From the NCBI GenBank assembly GCA_963675525.2, contig CAXXSL010000016.1, positions 998,007 through 1,062,006 of the forward strand: a stretch of DNA of 64,000 nt, in the 5' to 3' direction. The notes beneath the pieces were generated by a model. That model saw only the letters and a list, made by a program, of their open reading frames with translations, searched no databases and had not been told where the DNA came from. Origin of the DNA: Anaerohalosphaeraceae bacterium (GTDB taxonomy: Bacteria > Planctomycetota > Phycisphaerae > Sedimentisphaerales > Anaerohalosphaeraceae). Positions 9,804 through 21,958 of the stretch are shown one piece after another (position 1 is the first letter of the stretch; each line of letters starts with the position of its first letter). Made by a program: the position numbers and the translations under genes.

Positions 9804-9858
9804 CAAGCGCATGCGGTGGACAGTCAAATCGCTGCGCGTTTTGTCTACCTGAATTAGC
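9798..9858 (+). mobile_element. Degenerate integron attC-like site
   Basis: Stop overlaps CCATAACAAGCGCATGC, an R''/L''-like start, followed by a GACA..AAATCGCTGCGCGTTTTGTC central hairpin; GTTAGAT directly precedes the ATG (8711-8717). Right arm is not intact. Confidence 0.6.
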
Positions 9859-10270
9859 TTTTAACACAGATGATACAGTTTCCGTTATCGTATTCAGCCG
9901 TATGACGGTGTCATCAATGCGTCTGTTCGCCAGCGTTTTCCAATGGCCGATTTGCCGAAATTTACAATTACAGGACAGCAAGCTGAATCTGATATGCAGT
10001 GACTCGAAGGCGACAAGTGTGATCTATAATGTTCTTGAACAGTTTAATACATAGGAGAAGCCCGCGAGGTCAATCATGCCAGGGGGTTTAACGCCCGGCA
10101 TAAGTCGACTTTATCAAGGATAAACAATGGCTCACCACTCACAGCAGCAAGGTTTTTATTGTCGGTGATGATAGCGTCTTCGCGGGCAACTATGAGGTAC
10201 GTGAAAACGACGTTTGCCTGGTGACGCTTTTGGTATTATAATACGAAGAAAAACGAAAGGGAAAACAAGG

Positions 10271-12955
10271 ATGGTTGAAAGAATTATTATTGCGGTTGTT
10301 GTTATAATACTCAGTGGTTCAGTCTATGCGGCTTCAGGCGAGAAGAACATTTACATGGATCTGTCCGCTGATTTCGAAGCACGAGCCGCCGGCCTGGTCG
10401 AGCGGATGACGCTGGAGGAAAAGATTTCCCAGTTGGGCAATAGCGCCCCTGCTATAGAGCGACTGGGTATCCCGGAGTATGATTGGTGGAATGAATGTCT
10501 CCATGGTGTTGCGGTTGCCGGTGTTGCGACTGTTTTCCCGCAGGCGATCGGCCTGTCAGCCAGCTTTGACCGGTCGATGATGTACGATGTGGCCTGCATC
10601 ATCAGCGACGAGGCACGCGCCAAGCATCACGAATTTGTTCGCAACAATGACCGCGGACGATTTAAGGGACTGACGTTCTGGTCGCCGAATATCAACATTT
10701 TTCGTGACTCCCGCTGGGGCCGCGGGCAGGAAACCTACGGCGAGGACCCTTACTTGACCGGTCAGATGGGCATTCAATTTGTTCATGGCTTGCAGGGGGA
10801 TGACCCGAAATATCTCAAATTAGTGTCCACCGCCAAGCATTATGCCGTTCATAACGGCCCCGAGCCGGATCGTCATCATTTTAACGCGGTGGCCAATGCG
10901 CGGGATCTATGGGAGACATATTTACCGGCGTTTCATGATTTAGTGGTCAACGCTCATGTCTATTCGGTGATGGGGGCGTACAACCGGGTGGACGGCGAAT
11001 CGGCGTCGGCCAGTTGGATGCTGTTGCGGGATATTCTTCGCGAGCAATGGAAGTTTGAAGGGTATGTCGTCTCCGACTGCGGAGCGATTCGGGATATTTA
11101 TGCCAACCACAAGATTGTCAATGACGCTCGGGAAGCGGCGGCCATTGGTGTGCGCCGCGGCTGTGACCTGAACTGCGGCGGAGTCTATCAGTCGTCGCTG
11201 CTGAAAGCCGTGCAGGCCGGGATGATCGACGAAGGCGAAATTGACCTGGCGGTGTACCGATTGATGCTGGCGCGGATGAAACTGGGGATGTTTGACCCGC
11301 CCGAGATGGTACCGTATGCGCAAATTCCTTATTCGGTCAATGACTGTGAAAAGCATAATGAAGCGGCGCTGGCGATGGCCCGAAAATCTATGACGCTTCT
11401 GAAAAACAACGGGATTCTGCCGCTGGACAAAAGCGCCATCAAAACCATTGCTGTTGTCGGTCCGAATGCCGACAGTATAGCGGCTTTGCGCGGCAATTAT
11501 AACGGATATGCGTCGAATCCGGTTACAATCCTGGAAGGAATTCGACGGGCTGTCGGCGACGATGTCAAGGTGTTGTATTCACAGGGATGCCCCTTGGCGG
11601 AAGGCGCCGGCCAAGCTGCTTTTCCGGTCATTGATTCGAAATATCTGTTTACGACCGATGATGCAGGGCACGAAGTTCACGGTTTAAAAGGAGACTATTT
11701 CCGTGGAACGGACTTGCAGGGAGAACCGGTGCTAAGTCGTATTGACGACCTCATCAAGATGGACTGGGGAGGAACTTCCCCTACAACAACAGACATTGCT
11801 CAGGGACGCTTGTCTGCGGATAAAAAAATTAATGACAATAACTTTTCTGCACGGTGGACCGGACAACTTGTCGCTCCCGTTAGCGGTGATTACAAACTGG
11901 GCGTGATGTCGGATGACGGATGCCGGCTGTATGTCAACGGTAAAAAAATAGTCGATGGTTGGTCGCAACATGCGATGCAGGCGTTTACCGCGGATATTCG
12001 CCTGGAGAAAGGCCATCGCTATGACATAAAGATTGAATATTATGAGTCAGAACAGGATGCGGGCATTCATTTCATCTGGCTGCCGCCCGAAACGGATACT
12101 TTCCCGAGAGGTATTACGGACACAACGATCGAGGATGTATCAAAAGCGGACGTAGCGATTTTTGTCGGCGGTCTTGATGCCGGATTAGAAGGCGAAGAAA
12201 TGGGTCTTGAAGCGGAGGGTTTCAGTCACGGGGACCGTACGAAAATAGAATTGCCTGCGATTCAGTTGGAAACACTCAAGGCGATGCAGAAAACCGGCAC
12301 GCCTATCGTCTTTGTGTTGATGTCGGGCAGTGCGATTGCCTTTGACGGCATGGAAAAGGATATTCCGGCGATCCTGGAGGCTTGGTATCCCGGCCAGCGC
12401 GGCGGCGATGCGGTGGCCGACGTCTTGTTCGGCGATTACAACCCGGCAGGACGCCTTCCGGTCACGTTTTATACATCCACGGATGAATTGGGCGATTTTA
12501 GCGACTACAATATGGCAGCTGGAAAAGGTAAAACATACCGTTATTACCAGGGCAAACCGTTATATCCGTTCGGCCACGGACTCAGTTATACGACTTTTGA
12601 ATATTCAAACATGAAGATCAGCCGAAAGAATATAAAATCGGATGACACTGTGAAGGTTTCTGTGGATGTCACGAATGTGGGCCGGCGGGACGGTGAAGAA
12701 GTTGTGCAGTTGTATGTGCGCGATTTGAAATCTTCGCAACCCATGCCGGTCAAACAGCTTCGTGGCTTTGAGCGAATTGCGATGAACAAGGGTCAGACAA
12801 AAACAGTGACCTTTAGCTTAAAGCCTGCCGAGGATATGCACTATTATGATGCACAGAAGCAGCGGTATGCGGTGGAACCGGGCGAATTTGAAATACAAAT
12901 CGGAGCTTCCAGCGGCGATATTCGGCAAAAGGATCGGATGAATGTAGTAGATTAA
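10271..12955 (+). CDS. GH3 beta-xylosidase/beta-glucosidase with PA14 insert and Fn3-like C-terminus
   Basis: WWNECLHG, WGRGQETYGEDP, KHY, YVVSDCGA nucleophile, PA14 FSARWTGQL, YPFGHGLSYT. Confidence 0.93.
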   Translation: MVERIIIAVVVIILSGSVYAASGEKNIYMDLSADFEARAAGLVERMTLEEKISQLGNSAPAIERLGIPEYDWWNECLHGVAVAGVATVFPQAIGLSASFDRSMMYDVACIISDEARAKHHEFVRNNDRGRFKGLTFWSPNINIFRDSRWGRGQETYGEDPYLTGQMGIQFVHGLQGDDPKYLKLVSTAKHYAVHNGPEPDRHHFNAVANARDLWETYLPAFHDLVVNAHVYSVMGAYNRVDGESASASWMLLRDILREQWKFEGYVVSDCGAIRDIYANHKIVNDAREAAAIGVRRGCDLNCGGVYQSSLLKAVQAGMIDEGEIDLAVYRLMLARMKLGMFDPPEMVPYAQIPYSVNDCEKHNEAALAMARKSMTLLKNNGILPLDKSAIKTIAVVGPNADSIAALRGNYNGYASNPVTILEGIRRAVGDDVKVLYSQGCPLAEGAGQAAFPVIDSKYLFTTDDAGHEVHGLKGDYFRGTDLQGEPVLSRIDDLIKMDWGGTSPTTTDIAQGRLSADKKINDNNFSARWTGQLVAPVSGDYKLGVMSDDGCRLYVNGKKIVDGWSQHAMQAFTADIRLEKGHRYDIKIEYYESEQDAGIHFIWLPPETDTFPRGITDTTIEDVSKADVAIFVGGLDAGLEGEEMGLEAEGFSHGDRTKIELPAIQLETLKAMQKTGTPIVFVLMSGSAIAFDGMEKDIPAILEAWYPGQRGGDAVADVLFGDYNPAGRLPVTFYTSTDELGDFSDYNMAAGKGKTYRYYQGKPLYPFGHGLSYTTFEYSNMKISRKNIKSDDTVKVSVDVTNVGRRDGEEVVQLYVRDLKSSQPMPVKQLRGFERIAMNKGQTKTVTFSLKPAEDMHYYDAQKQRYAVEPGEFEIQIGASSGDIRQKDRMNVVD

Positions 12956-12996
12956 TGCCGGTATTTCTATTTTTTCAAGAAAACCATTTGTAAATA

Positions 12997-13026
12997 TTGA
13001 CACTTTCTGCTGAAAAAAGCTATAGC
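12997..13026 (+). promoter_or_regulatory. Possible sigma70 promoter for the GH2 gene
   Basis: TTGACA-18 bp (includes an A6 run)-TATAGC. Confidence 0.4.
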
Positions 13027-13181
13027 TTATTGGAATTTTTTGTTTTTCGACCAGGCAGTAATGGTCGGTGATGAATCGACCTGACAATGCGATTTAAATA
13101 CAGAGATGGGCTAATCATCGCTTGCCAATAATAGGTCTTGTATTCTGAAATAAATTATATCATTGTACGAAAGGCTTTGTT

Positions 13182-15678
13182 TTGAATAATCAGCGTCGGA
13201 TTACGTTGCTTTGTTTGGTTTTCTTGTTGATTACAGTCAGCTTGGCGGCTAATGACCAGACTGCAGGCGTGGACCTTCGAGAAGGTCCACGGGAGAAACT
13301 TTCACTGGACCAAGGCTGGCGGTTTCACCTCGGGGATATTCCGTTGAACTCCTTTCCCGGCGGCCAAGGCATAGCGATATACGGTCCGGATTTCACGCAC
13401 AGCGATGCAAAGGCCGGACACACTTGGGGCGCAGCGGCCCGCGGATATGATGACTCGGACTGGCGGCAGGTTGACCTGCCGCATGACTGGGTGGTCGAAC
13501 AGCCGTTTGACAAGAATGCGGTCAAACAACAAGGCTATCGCCCGCGCGGCATCGCGTGGTATCGGCGGACTTTCAAACTCGATCCCTTCCGACCGCGGCA
13601 GGAACATCGAACTGCAGTTTGACGGAGTAGCGACATACTGTACGGTTTATTTCAATGGGACGGCGGTACATCACAACTGGTGCGGCTATACATCGTTCTA
13701 CATCGATGTTACCCCGATGGCGCGATACGGAGACGATATCAACACGATCGTGGTACGGGTGGATGCCGAGGCCATGGAGGGCTGGTGGTATGAAGGCGGC
13801 GGCATCTATCGCCATACTTGGCTTGTCAAGCGGAACCCAGTGCATGTCGTCACCGATGGTGTCTATGCCAATCCCATAAAGGGAGCAGATGGAAAATGGA
13901 CAATTCCCGCTGAGGTCACACTGGCCAACACCGGGGCCGACATTACTTCAGCATCGGTGAACATCGGCGTTTTTGATTCCGCCGGAAAACAGGTCACAGA
14001 CGGGCGTTCCTTGCAGTTGAGCATCGTCCCCTTGGGCGAAGTTGTGGCAAAAGTTTCGATTCCCGTGGTCTCGCCGCAGCTCTGGTCGGTGGACCAGCCA
14101 AATCTCTATACGGTGCGAACGGTCGTGCTGAAGGACAACAAGTCGGTTGACTCTGTTGATACCACCTGCGGTTTCCGCACGATTCGCTTCGACGCGAAGG
14201 AAGGATTTTTCCTCAACGACCAACCGCTCAAATTGCAGGGTACGTGCAATCATCAGGATCATGCGGGCGTCGGGGTCGCCGTGCCGGATTCGATCACGGA
14301 GTTCCGCATACGCAAACTAAAAGAGATGGGCTCGAACGCCTACCGCACTGCACATAATCCTCCATCCAAAGAACTGCTCGATATCTGTGACCGCCTTGGC
14401 ATGCTCGTGATGGACGAAACCCGCCACTTCAACACATCGCCGGAATACATGAAGCAATTGGAATGGCTGGTGCGCCGCGATCGGAATCACCCCAGCGTGA
14501 TTATGTGGTCTCTATTCAACGAGGAAGCGCTCGAAGTCAACGAGGAAGGCATGGAGATGACGCGCACCATGAACGCATTGGTCAAGCGTCTTGATACGAC
14601 CCGGCCCACCACAGGCGGGCAGAATAAGGGCCAGTTGGGCGGGGACGGCAAGGCGAACCCGAAGAACGCTGCGCTAACCATGGACGTGGTTGGCATCAAT
14701 TACCAGGCCTACGACTACGACAAGATCCGCGCGGCGTATCCGGACAAGCCGATGATTAGCACGGAAGACACTTCCCAGGTCATGACGCGTGGAGAATACA
14801 TTACTGACCATTCCAGAAATATCGTGGCCTCCTATGATGATGTGTTCCCGGGCTGGGATAAATTCAGCAGCGCGCGCAATGCCTGGGCGGCGATCGTCAG
14901 GCAGCCGTCCTTTTGCGGCGGCTTTTTCTGGACGGGCTTCGATTATCGCGGCGAACCCACCCCATACGGATGGCCGTCGGCCAGTTCCTACTTCGGCGCA
15001 TTGGATCTGTGCGGCTTCCCCAAAACCGAATTCTATATTCGACAAGCCCTCTGGATCAAGGACAGACCGGTGCTCACGCTGGTGCCGCACTGGAACTGGT
15101 CGGGCAAGGAAGGTCAGCCGGTCAGGGTGATGGCACTGGCCAACTGCGAAGTCGTTGAACTGTTGCTGAATGGAAAATCGCTTGGAGAAAAACCCGTCGA
15201 TCAATTTGAAATGGTTTCATGGGAGGTGCCCTATGCGCCGGGCAAACTTGAAGCGATTGGTAAAACCAACAGCAGTCAAGTGTCGCATTTCATCGTCGAA
15301 ACCACCGGCGAACCGGTTGCCTTGCGGCTGGTGCCGGATCGCAAAACGCTGGCTGGTGACGGGAACGATGTCGTGCCTGTAACCGTCGAAGCACTCGATA
15401 AGGATGGACACCCTGTGCCGATAGCGAACCTGCCGGTCGAATTCGAGATCAGCGGACCGGGCTCGATCATTGGCGTAGGCAACGGCGATCCGACCAGTCA
15501 CGAACCGGAGAAGGGCAACAGGCGCAGTCTGTTCAACGGCCTTGCCCAGGTCATTCTCCAGAGTCAGAGGGGCGGCTCGGGCAATATTGTTCTACGGGCC
15601 ATGGGCGAAGGCCTAAAACCTGCTGAAATCACCATTACTGCCGAGGCAACGCATACAGAGATGTTAAAATACAAATAA
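13182..15678 (+). CDS. GH2 beta-galactosidase-like (frameshift near 13585)
   Basis: VDLPHDW, WYRRTF / FDGV, WWYEGGGIYR, NHQDHAG, RDRNHPSVIMWSLFNEE, WTGFDYRGEP; two ORFs join at a C-run. Confidence 0.9.
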
Positions 15679-15774
15679 CATCAATATCGAAAATGAATTG
15701 GTTGACAGTTATTTAGCTTGACTCATGCTATACAATGAAAAGTACAGACCACTTAATTAATAAGGCAGAACACA

Positions 15775-18151
15775 ATGAAAATAATCAATACACAACAGAT
15801 TAACATGATGAGAGCATTAATAGCCGGATTATTTCTGGTACAGACCTTAGGCTGCGGACAATCGAATACCGACACTGCTGCCTCATCCTGCGATTCGATT
15901 CCATACGCCACGCAGCATGTGATTTCGAATGACGATTCCGAAGCCGTGATTGTCGAAAAGGCGGCCAAGACTCTGCCGCGTCCCAATCAGACGGCCTGGA
16001 TGCGACTGGAGTGGATATTTTTCCTTCACTACGGGCCGAATACGTTTAACGGGGTTGAGTGGGGCAGCGGGAGGGAAGAACCCTCGGATTTCAATCCCAC
16101 GGCGTTCGATGCCGACCAATAGGTCCGTGCAATCAGCGAGGCCGGCGGAAAAATGATCGTGCTCGTTTGCAAGCATCACGATGGATTGTGTCTGTGGCCC
16201 AGCCGCTATACAGAGCATTCGGTTGCATCGAGTCCCTGGATGGACGGCAAGGGTAACGTCGTCCGAGCAGTTGCCGACGCGGCCCGCAAGCACGGTATCA
16301 AGCTGGGAGTTTACCTGTCGCCTGCCGACCTCTATCAACTGAAAACCAACCCGAAGAATCCAGCCGGTTATTACGGCGATGGCAGCAGCGACGTACTGTC
16401 CACTATTCCTACCGATCCAGCCAGTTTTAAATCGAATCCTATTCAGGGACGTACACCGTCTGAGGGCTTTGGAAGCTATACCTATGAAGTGAATGGACTA
16501 TAACCGCTATTTTCTGAATCAGCTTTACGAATTGCTGACCGAATACGGGCCGGTTCAGGAAGTCTGGTTCGACGGGGCCAATCCGGATCCTAGCGTCAAA
16601 GAGACCTACAATTATGCTGCGTGGTATGATTTGATTCGCAAGCTGCAGCCCAATGCGATCATCTTCGGCAAAGGGCCGGACGGACGTTGGGTCGGCAGTG
16701 AAAGCGGCTACGGACGCACCACGGAATGGAGTATCATTCCTCTGCCCGAGTCCCCGTACACCTTCAGATGGCCGGACATGCGGGACGGGGATCTCGGCAG
16801 TCGCGCCAAACTGACGCCCGGGTCGTATCTCTGGTGGTATCCGACGGAAACCAATGTTACCATCCTCGCCAACGGTCAATGGTTTTGGGCGCCCGGGAAG
16901 AAACCCAGAAGCGTTTCGCAGTTGGTGGATATCTATTACTCGTCGATTGGCCGTAATGGGAACTTCATTTTTAACCTGTCTCCGGACACGCGGGGTTTGG
17001 TTCCGGATGATCAACTCGAAGCCCTGAACCGGATGTCGCAGGTGATCAAAGAGACGTTTGCCACAAACCTTGCTGATGGCGGCCAACTTACGGCCGACAC
17101 ATCAAACCCTGCCAACAGCCCGTCGCAGGTATTGGACGGAGATCTCGATACCTGGTGGGAGGCTGCACAGGGGCGGACCGACGGCACTGTGACATTGACG
17201 CTTCCGTCGCCCGTTACCTTTGATGTGGTTTCATTGCAGGAAGCGATCGATTATCGGAGCCAACGGATCGAGTCCTTTGTTATTGAAACATGGAACGGAT
17301 CGGCATGGATTTCGGCCGAACACATCGCATCGGACGAACTGACGACCGTCGGGCACAAACGGCTGATACGGCTGAAGTTACCCGTGACCGCCGACAAGGT
17401 GCGCATCCGCATCACCGGATCACGTCTGGAGCCGACGCTGGCTGAAATGGGACTTTTTAAGCAACCTGCGGACTTTATGCCCCCGGCGATATCAAATCGT
17501 GACGCCAAAGGCATGGTGACCATTCGAAACGACAGCGGTTTTAAGATGGTTTATACCCTTGACGGATCGATGCCGACAGCCCGCTCGGCTGTGTACAGTT
17601 CACCGATTTCCATGCCGCTGGGCGGCACGGTGAAGGCTGCCTGCCTGCTACCGGATGGACAGCTCGGCATAGAGGCTTCGAAGTCTTTCGCCGGAATCAA
17701 GCCGATTGGCTGGAAGATTGCTGAAGTAGATACTCAGGAAACCGCTGGTAAAGACGCGTCCGCCGCCAACGCAATCGATGACAACTCCACCACCATCTGG
17801 CATACCAGTTGGAACAATAATTTGAAGTCGCCGCATTTCATTACCATTGACATGCGGACTTCGCACCGGATCGGCGGGTTTACGTATCTGCCGCGTCAGG
17901 ACAGTTCCTTAAATGGCACGGTTGTACAGTATCGCTTTGAAACGAGTATGGATGGCGTCAACTGGACAACCAACGTCGATTCAGGCAGGTTTAATAACAT
18001 CCAAAATAACCCTTCGATTCAGAAAGTTACTTTTGCTCCGGTTAACGCCCGATACTTCCGCTTCACAGCTTTGCGGGAAATCTGGTCAAACGGATGGACA
18101 AGCGCAGCCGAAATCTCCGTGTTGCCGGCGGCATCTGAAGAGGACCAATAA
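15775..18151 (+). CDS. GH29 alpha-L-fucosidase with two F5/8 type C (CBM32-like) domains; in-frame TAG at 16120 and frameshift near 16495
   Basis: FLHYGPNTF, KHHDG, VYLSP, EVWFDGA, SIGRNG; DGDLDTWW and AIDDNSTTIWH discoidin domains. Confidence 0.88.
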
Positions 18152-18245
18152 CGGCGTATTTTTGATTTTATGTTCACCAATGGTACTGTAAGCCAATCTG
18201 TGAAATGCGTGAATTGTCAAAAAAGAAATCGAGTTTGATATCACA

Positions 18246-20742
18246 ATGAAAGTATGTTCTGTGGACCGGGAATTTGGAACACTGCTGATAGCAGTTCTGT
18301 TGGCTCCCTTATGTATTCTGCATGCTGTTGAACCATCTAAACCAGCGGTTGTCATCCATGTGACGCCGGAAGGCAAGGACACCTACCCCGGTACGACAGA
18401 AAATCCAGTGGCTACCCTTGCTGCAGCCCAGCAAGCAGCACGTGCTTCAACAGGTCGGCAGCCGGTGATAGTGATGCTTCATGAGGGTGTTTATTATCTG
18501 CCGGATACACTCGTATTTACGGAAGCGGATTCGGGGACGGTCCGATACCCGGTTGAATATACTGCCGCCGCTGGCGAGGAGCCGGTTATCAGCGGCGGCA
18601 GTAGGCTGACGCTTGAATGGAAAGCCGGTTCGGGCGGTATCATGGAAGCGGCCGTACCGGAGGGACTCAACATCGATCAGTTGTGGATTAATGGAAAACG
18701 TCAGTGTATGGCTCGCTTTCCCAACCGAATCCCCGGAAAAAATGTTTTTGACCGGTGGGACTTGAAACACAGCAATGAACCAGCCCAGCCGTCTGAAGAT
18801 GGGCTGTCACCGGAGCGAATCACGCGATGGGCTAACCCGGCGGGCGGGTATATTCACGCCATGCACCCGTCATTATGGGGGGACATGCACTGGCTCATCA
18901 AGGGCCGCAAGACCGATGGAACCTTTGATACCGAAGGAGGATGGCAAAATAACCGGCCCAGTCCGATGCACCACAAATACCGCTTTGTCGAAAATATCCG
19001 CGAGGAACTCGATGAACCCGGAGAATGGTTTCACGATGCGCAGGCCAATAAATTGTACTATATGCCTGTGGCGGGTACGGATATGGAAACGGCAACCGTC
19101 GAAGTTGGTGCGGCTCAAACACCTGATCGAATTTATAGGGACCAAAGACAATCCCGTTCGATTCGTCAAACTCAAAGGGATTACATTCCGACATGCTGCA
19201 AGGACATTTATGGAAAACAAAGAGCCGCTGCTTCGGAGTGATTGGACGGTGTACCGGGGCGGAGCCGTCGTTTTTGACGGCGCTGAGGATTGTACGGTTG
19301 ACGACTGCACGTTTGACCAGGTCGGAGGCAATACGATCTTCGTGAATAACTATAACCGCCGTATTACTGTACGAGGATGCCTGATTCAGGACAGCGGAGC
19401 CAATGGGGTGGCCTTTGTGGGTGATCCGAAAGCCGTTCGCAATCCCATTTTCCGTTACGGCCCGCAGGATTATTCCAAACTGGACCTGACGCCGGGGTCA
19501 ATCGGGGATAATTTTCCCGCCGATTGCCCTTGTTGAGGATTGCCTGATAACCCGCACGGGACGAGATGAAAAGCACAGACGGCGCCTGTGGAGATTAGTA
19601 TGTCGCAAGATATCACTGTACGTCACTGCTCCATATACGATGTGCCAAGGGCGGGAATCAACATCGGCGACGGGTGCTGGGGCGGACACGTCGTTCGAGT
19701 TCTGTCGATATATTCAATACCGTACTGGAGACAGGTGACCACGGCAGCTTCAATTCATGGGGCCGTGACCGGTTCTGGGACCCCCAAATTGCAGAAGTCA
19801 ACCGGCAGGTAGCGAACAATCCCGTTCTGCCCCGGCTGGATGTGGTCAAGCCGATTATTCTTCGCAACAATCGCTGGCGGTGCGATCACGGATGGGACGT
19901 GGACCTGGATGATGGTTCGAGCAACTATGAAATCTATAAAAACCTCATGCTTAACGGTGGTCTTAAACTCCGGGAGGGGTACGGCCGGATTGTGACAAAC
20001 AATATCTTTGTTAACAACACACTTCATCCCCATTGTTGGTTTGACAACAGCGGCGACGTGTTTCGAAACAACATCGTTATGACAGCTTACAGGCCCGCAG
20101 GGGGGATGCCGAATGGGAAATGGGGCAAAGAGGTGGATTATAATCTTTTTGCCTGCTCCGAAAAGGACCGTTTGAGGTTTGTCTCGCACGGTTGCGATCA
20201 GCACTCAATTGTCGCCGATCCGGGATTTCTCAATCCGGCCAATGGAGATTTTCGCGTTCGGCCGGACTCTCCCGCACTTCGGTTGGGATTTCAAAATTTC
20301 CCGATAGATGAGTATGGTGTCGTTTCACCCCGACTTCGGGCGATCGCAAAGCAACCCAAAATACCTATCGTTGATATCCGACTTGATTTTGAGGTCCCGT
20401 CCGGCAAAGAGATGGTGTATCAATGGCGACAGGCGCTCATACGAAATCTGGAAGGGAGAGGAATTCTCTCGCTTATGGAGTCAGCCGTGATTCCGGGGGG
20501 GTATTGGTCATGAATGTTGTTCAAGGGAGGACTTGCGGACAGTGATAGTTTCTCTGCCGGGTGATCTGATTCAGTCAGTCGATGGGGCACCGGTCAAAAC
20601 GGTATCGCAAATGATCGAATGCCTTCGCAATATCCCGGCCGAAAAAGATATCATGTTAGGAATTGTCCGAACGCAGCAACCGGCCGCAACTATCGTCGTA
20701 TGCGGCGGGGCAGAACCTCCACAAACAGCATCACCGAAATAA
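18246..20742 (+). CDS. Right-handed beta-helix glycosidase (GH141-like) with C-terminal PDZ-like domain; several frameshifts
   Basis: HVTPEGKD..PGT, ARFPN, ENIREELDEPGEW, ETGDHGSFNSWGRDR, DLDDGSS; PGDLIQSVDG PDZ-like end; fragments are collinear. Confidence 0.75.
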
Positions 20743-21017
20743 GAATTCAATTGGAGACCTGTATATGGGCAAAATAAGCATACCAAGCACTCAAAGGCAG
20801 TTTATTTTATGTTGTTTATGGACGGGAATCCCCTGAATAATAAGTTATGAGTTGCCAAATCAGGATATACTATAGCTCGTATATCCTGTAAATTGAATTA
20901 AATACTGGACAAATATTATGTATTTGAATAACCTGATGGCCGATACGAATTTTACTGCGAGGCGACAAAGGATTAGTTGTAACCGTTTCATATAAAATGG
21001 CTTAACTTTTAAACATC

Positions 21018-21063
21018 TCAGCCTTCCATGCTGGTCATGTCGGTTCGATTCCGATCGCCCGCT
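21018..21063 (+). mobile_element. tRNA-Gly(TCC) 3' fragment, att-site duplication
   Basis: Anticodon arm TCAGC-CTTCCAT-GCTGG, T-arm GTCGG-TTCGATT-CCGAT, acceptor 3' strand CGCCCGCT; no 5' acceptor strand or D-arm upstream. Confidence 0.85.
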
Positions 21064-21438
21064 TTTTGTCGCCTATGACAGCCCATGCCAGTAGTATTCT
21101 AACTCTTCCTGTGTTCAAGGCTTACGGCTACTTTAGCTGATATTTCTGGTCTTTTACAGTCCATTAAAATTGCCAGCAAATGCCCCCAAATAACAGGGTG
21201 CGTACAAATTCACTGCGGGCGATTGAAAAGCATTGTGTAATGTATAGAGAATCGGGCAAACCCCACCCTGAAATACCTTGATATGCCCCGTTTTTTACAC
21301 ACGACTTTTTAATCATAATCTGCTTTTAAAAAAAACAGACAAAAATAGCGAAAAATCTACCTAAGTTTATAATTCTACTTACTATACCATAGTTGACGAA
21401 ACATGTTTTAGTAATATCGAACTTAAAAGAGGCGTTTT

Positions 21439-21958
21439 GTGTCCAGAAAAGATGAATTTTTTAAGCATTTTTATTAAACACAGCCATCATCTGTTTAATT
21501 TTATCCTGACTTTGAGTACCCGAATTATTCAGACGCAGAAGACATTTTGCAGGAATCAGCCGGCGTTATGTGGGACAAGTCTGAAACCTACCAAAGGGAT
21601 ACGGATTTCCTGGCTTTGGCGCGACAGATTGTGCGCTATAAAGTATCAAACTACTATCGAACAAAGAAACACGAATTCAGGTTGGATGACGATATTTTAG
21701 ATAAATTGACATCGATGCATGAACAAGTATCGATACGTGTGAGTGAAAGAAAAGCGGCATTGACAGGTTTGTCTCGGTAAACTTCAGCAGACCGATTTAA
21801 ATCTGATTCAGTTGAGGTTCTATGAAAAGATTTCTGTTCAGGAGATTGCGAGAAAAACCAATCGATCAGTGCACACACTCTACAAGCGAATTTCCACGAT
21901 TTACGTTTTATTGCAAAATTGTATCACAAAAACTCTTATGACTTGGGATTTAGATTGA
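21439..21958 (+). CDS. ECF sigma-70 factor (frameshifted in about three places)
   Basis: Reassembled MSRKDEFLSIFIKHSHHLFNFILTL..DAEDILQESAGVMWDK..FLALARQI (region 2) and CLGKL..QLRFYEKISVQEIARKTNRSVHTLYKRIS (region 4); stop overlaps the fecR ATG. Confidence 0.85.

Noticed and set aside
9879..10003. Possible 3' remnant of a glycosidase gene (FRYRIQPYDG...DMQ*)
   Set aside because: Too short to assign without a database search.
16120..16122. Amber recoding (alternative genetic code or pyrrolysine)
   Set aside because: Single instance at a Trp position; TAG serves as a normal stop at 518-520 and 57705-57707.
21018..21063. Functional tRNA-Gly gene
   Set aside because: No 5' acceptor strand or D-arm; treated as an att duplication.
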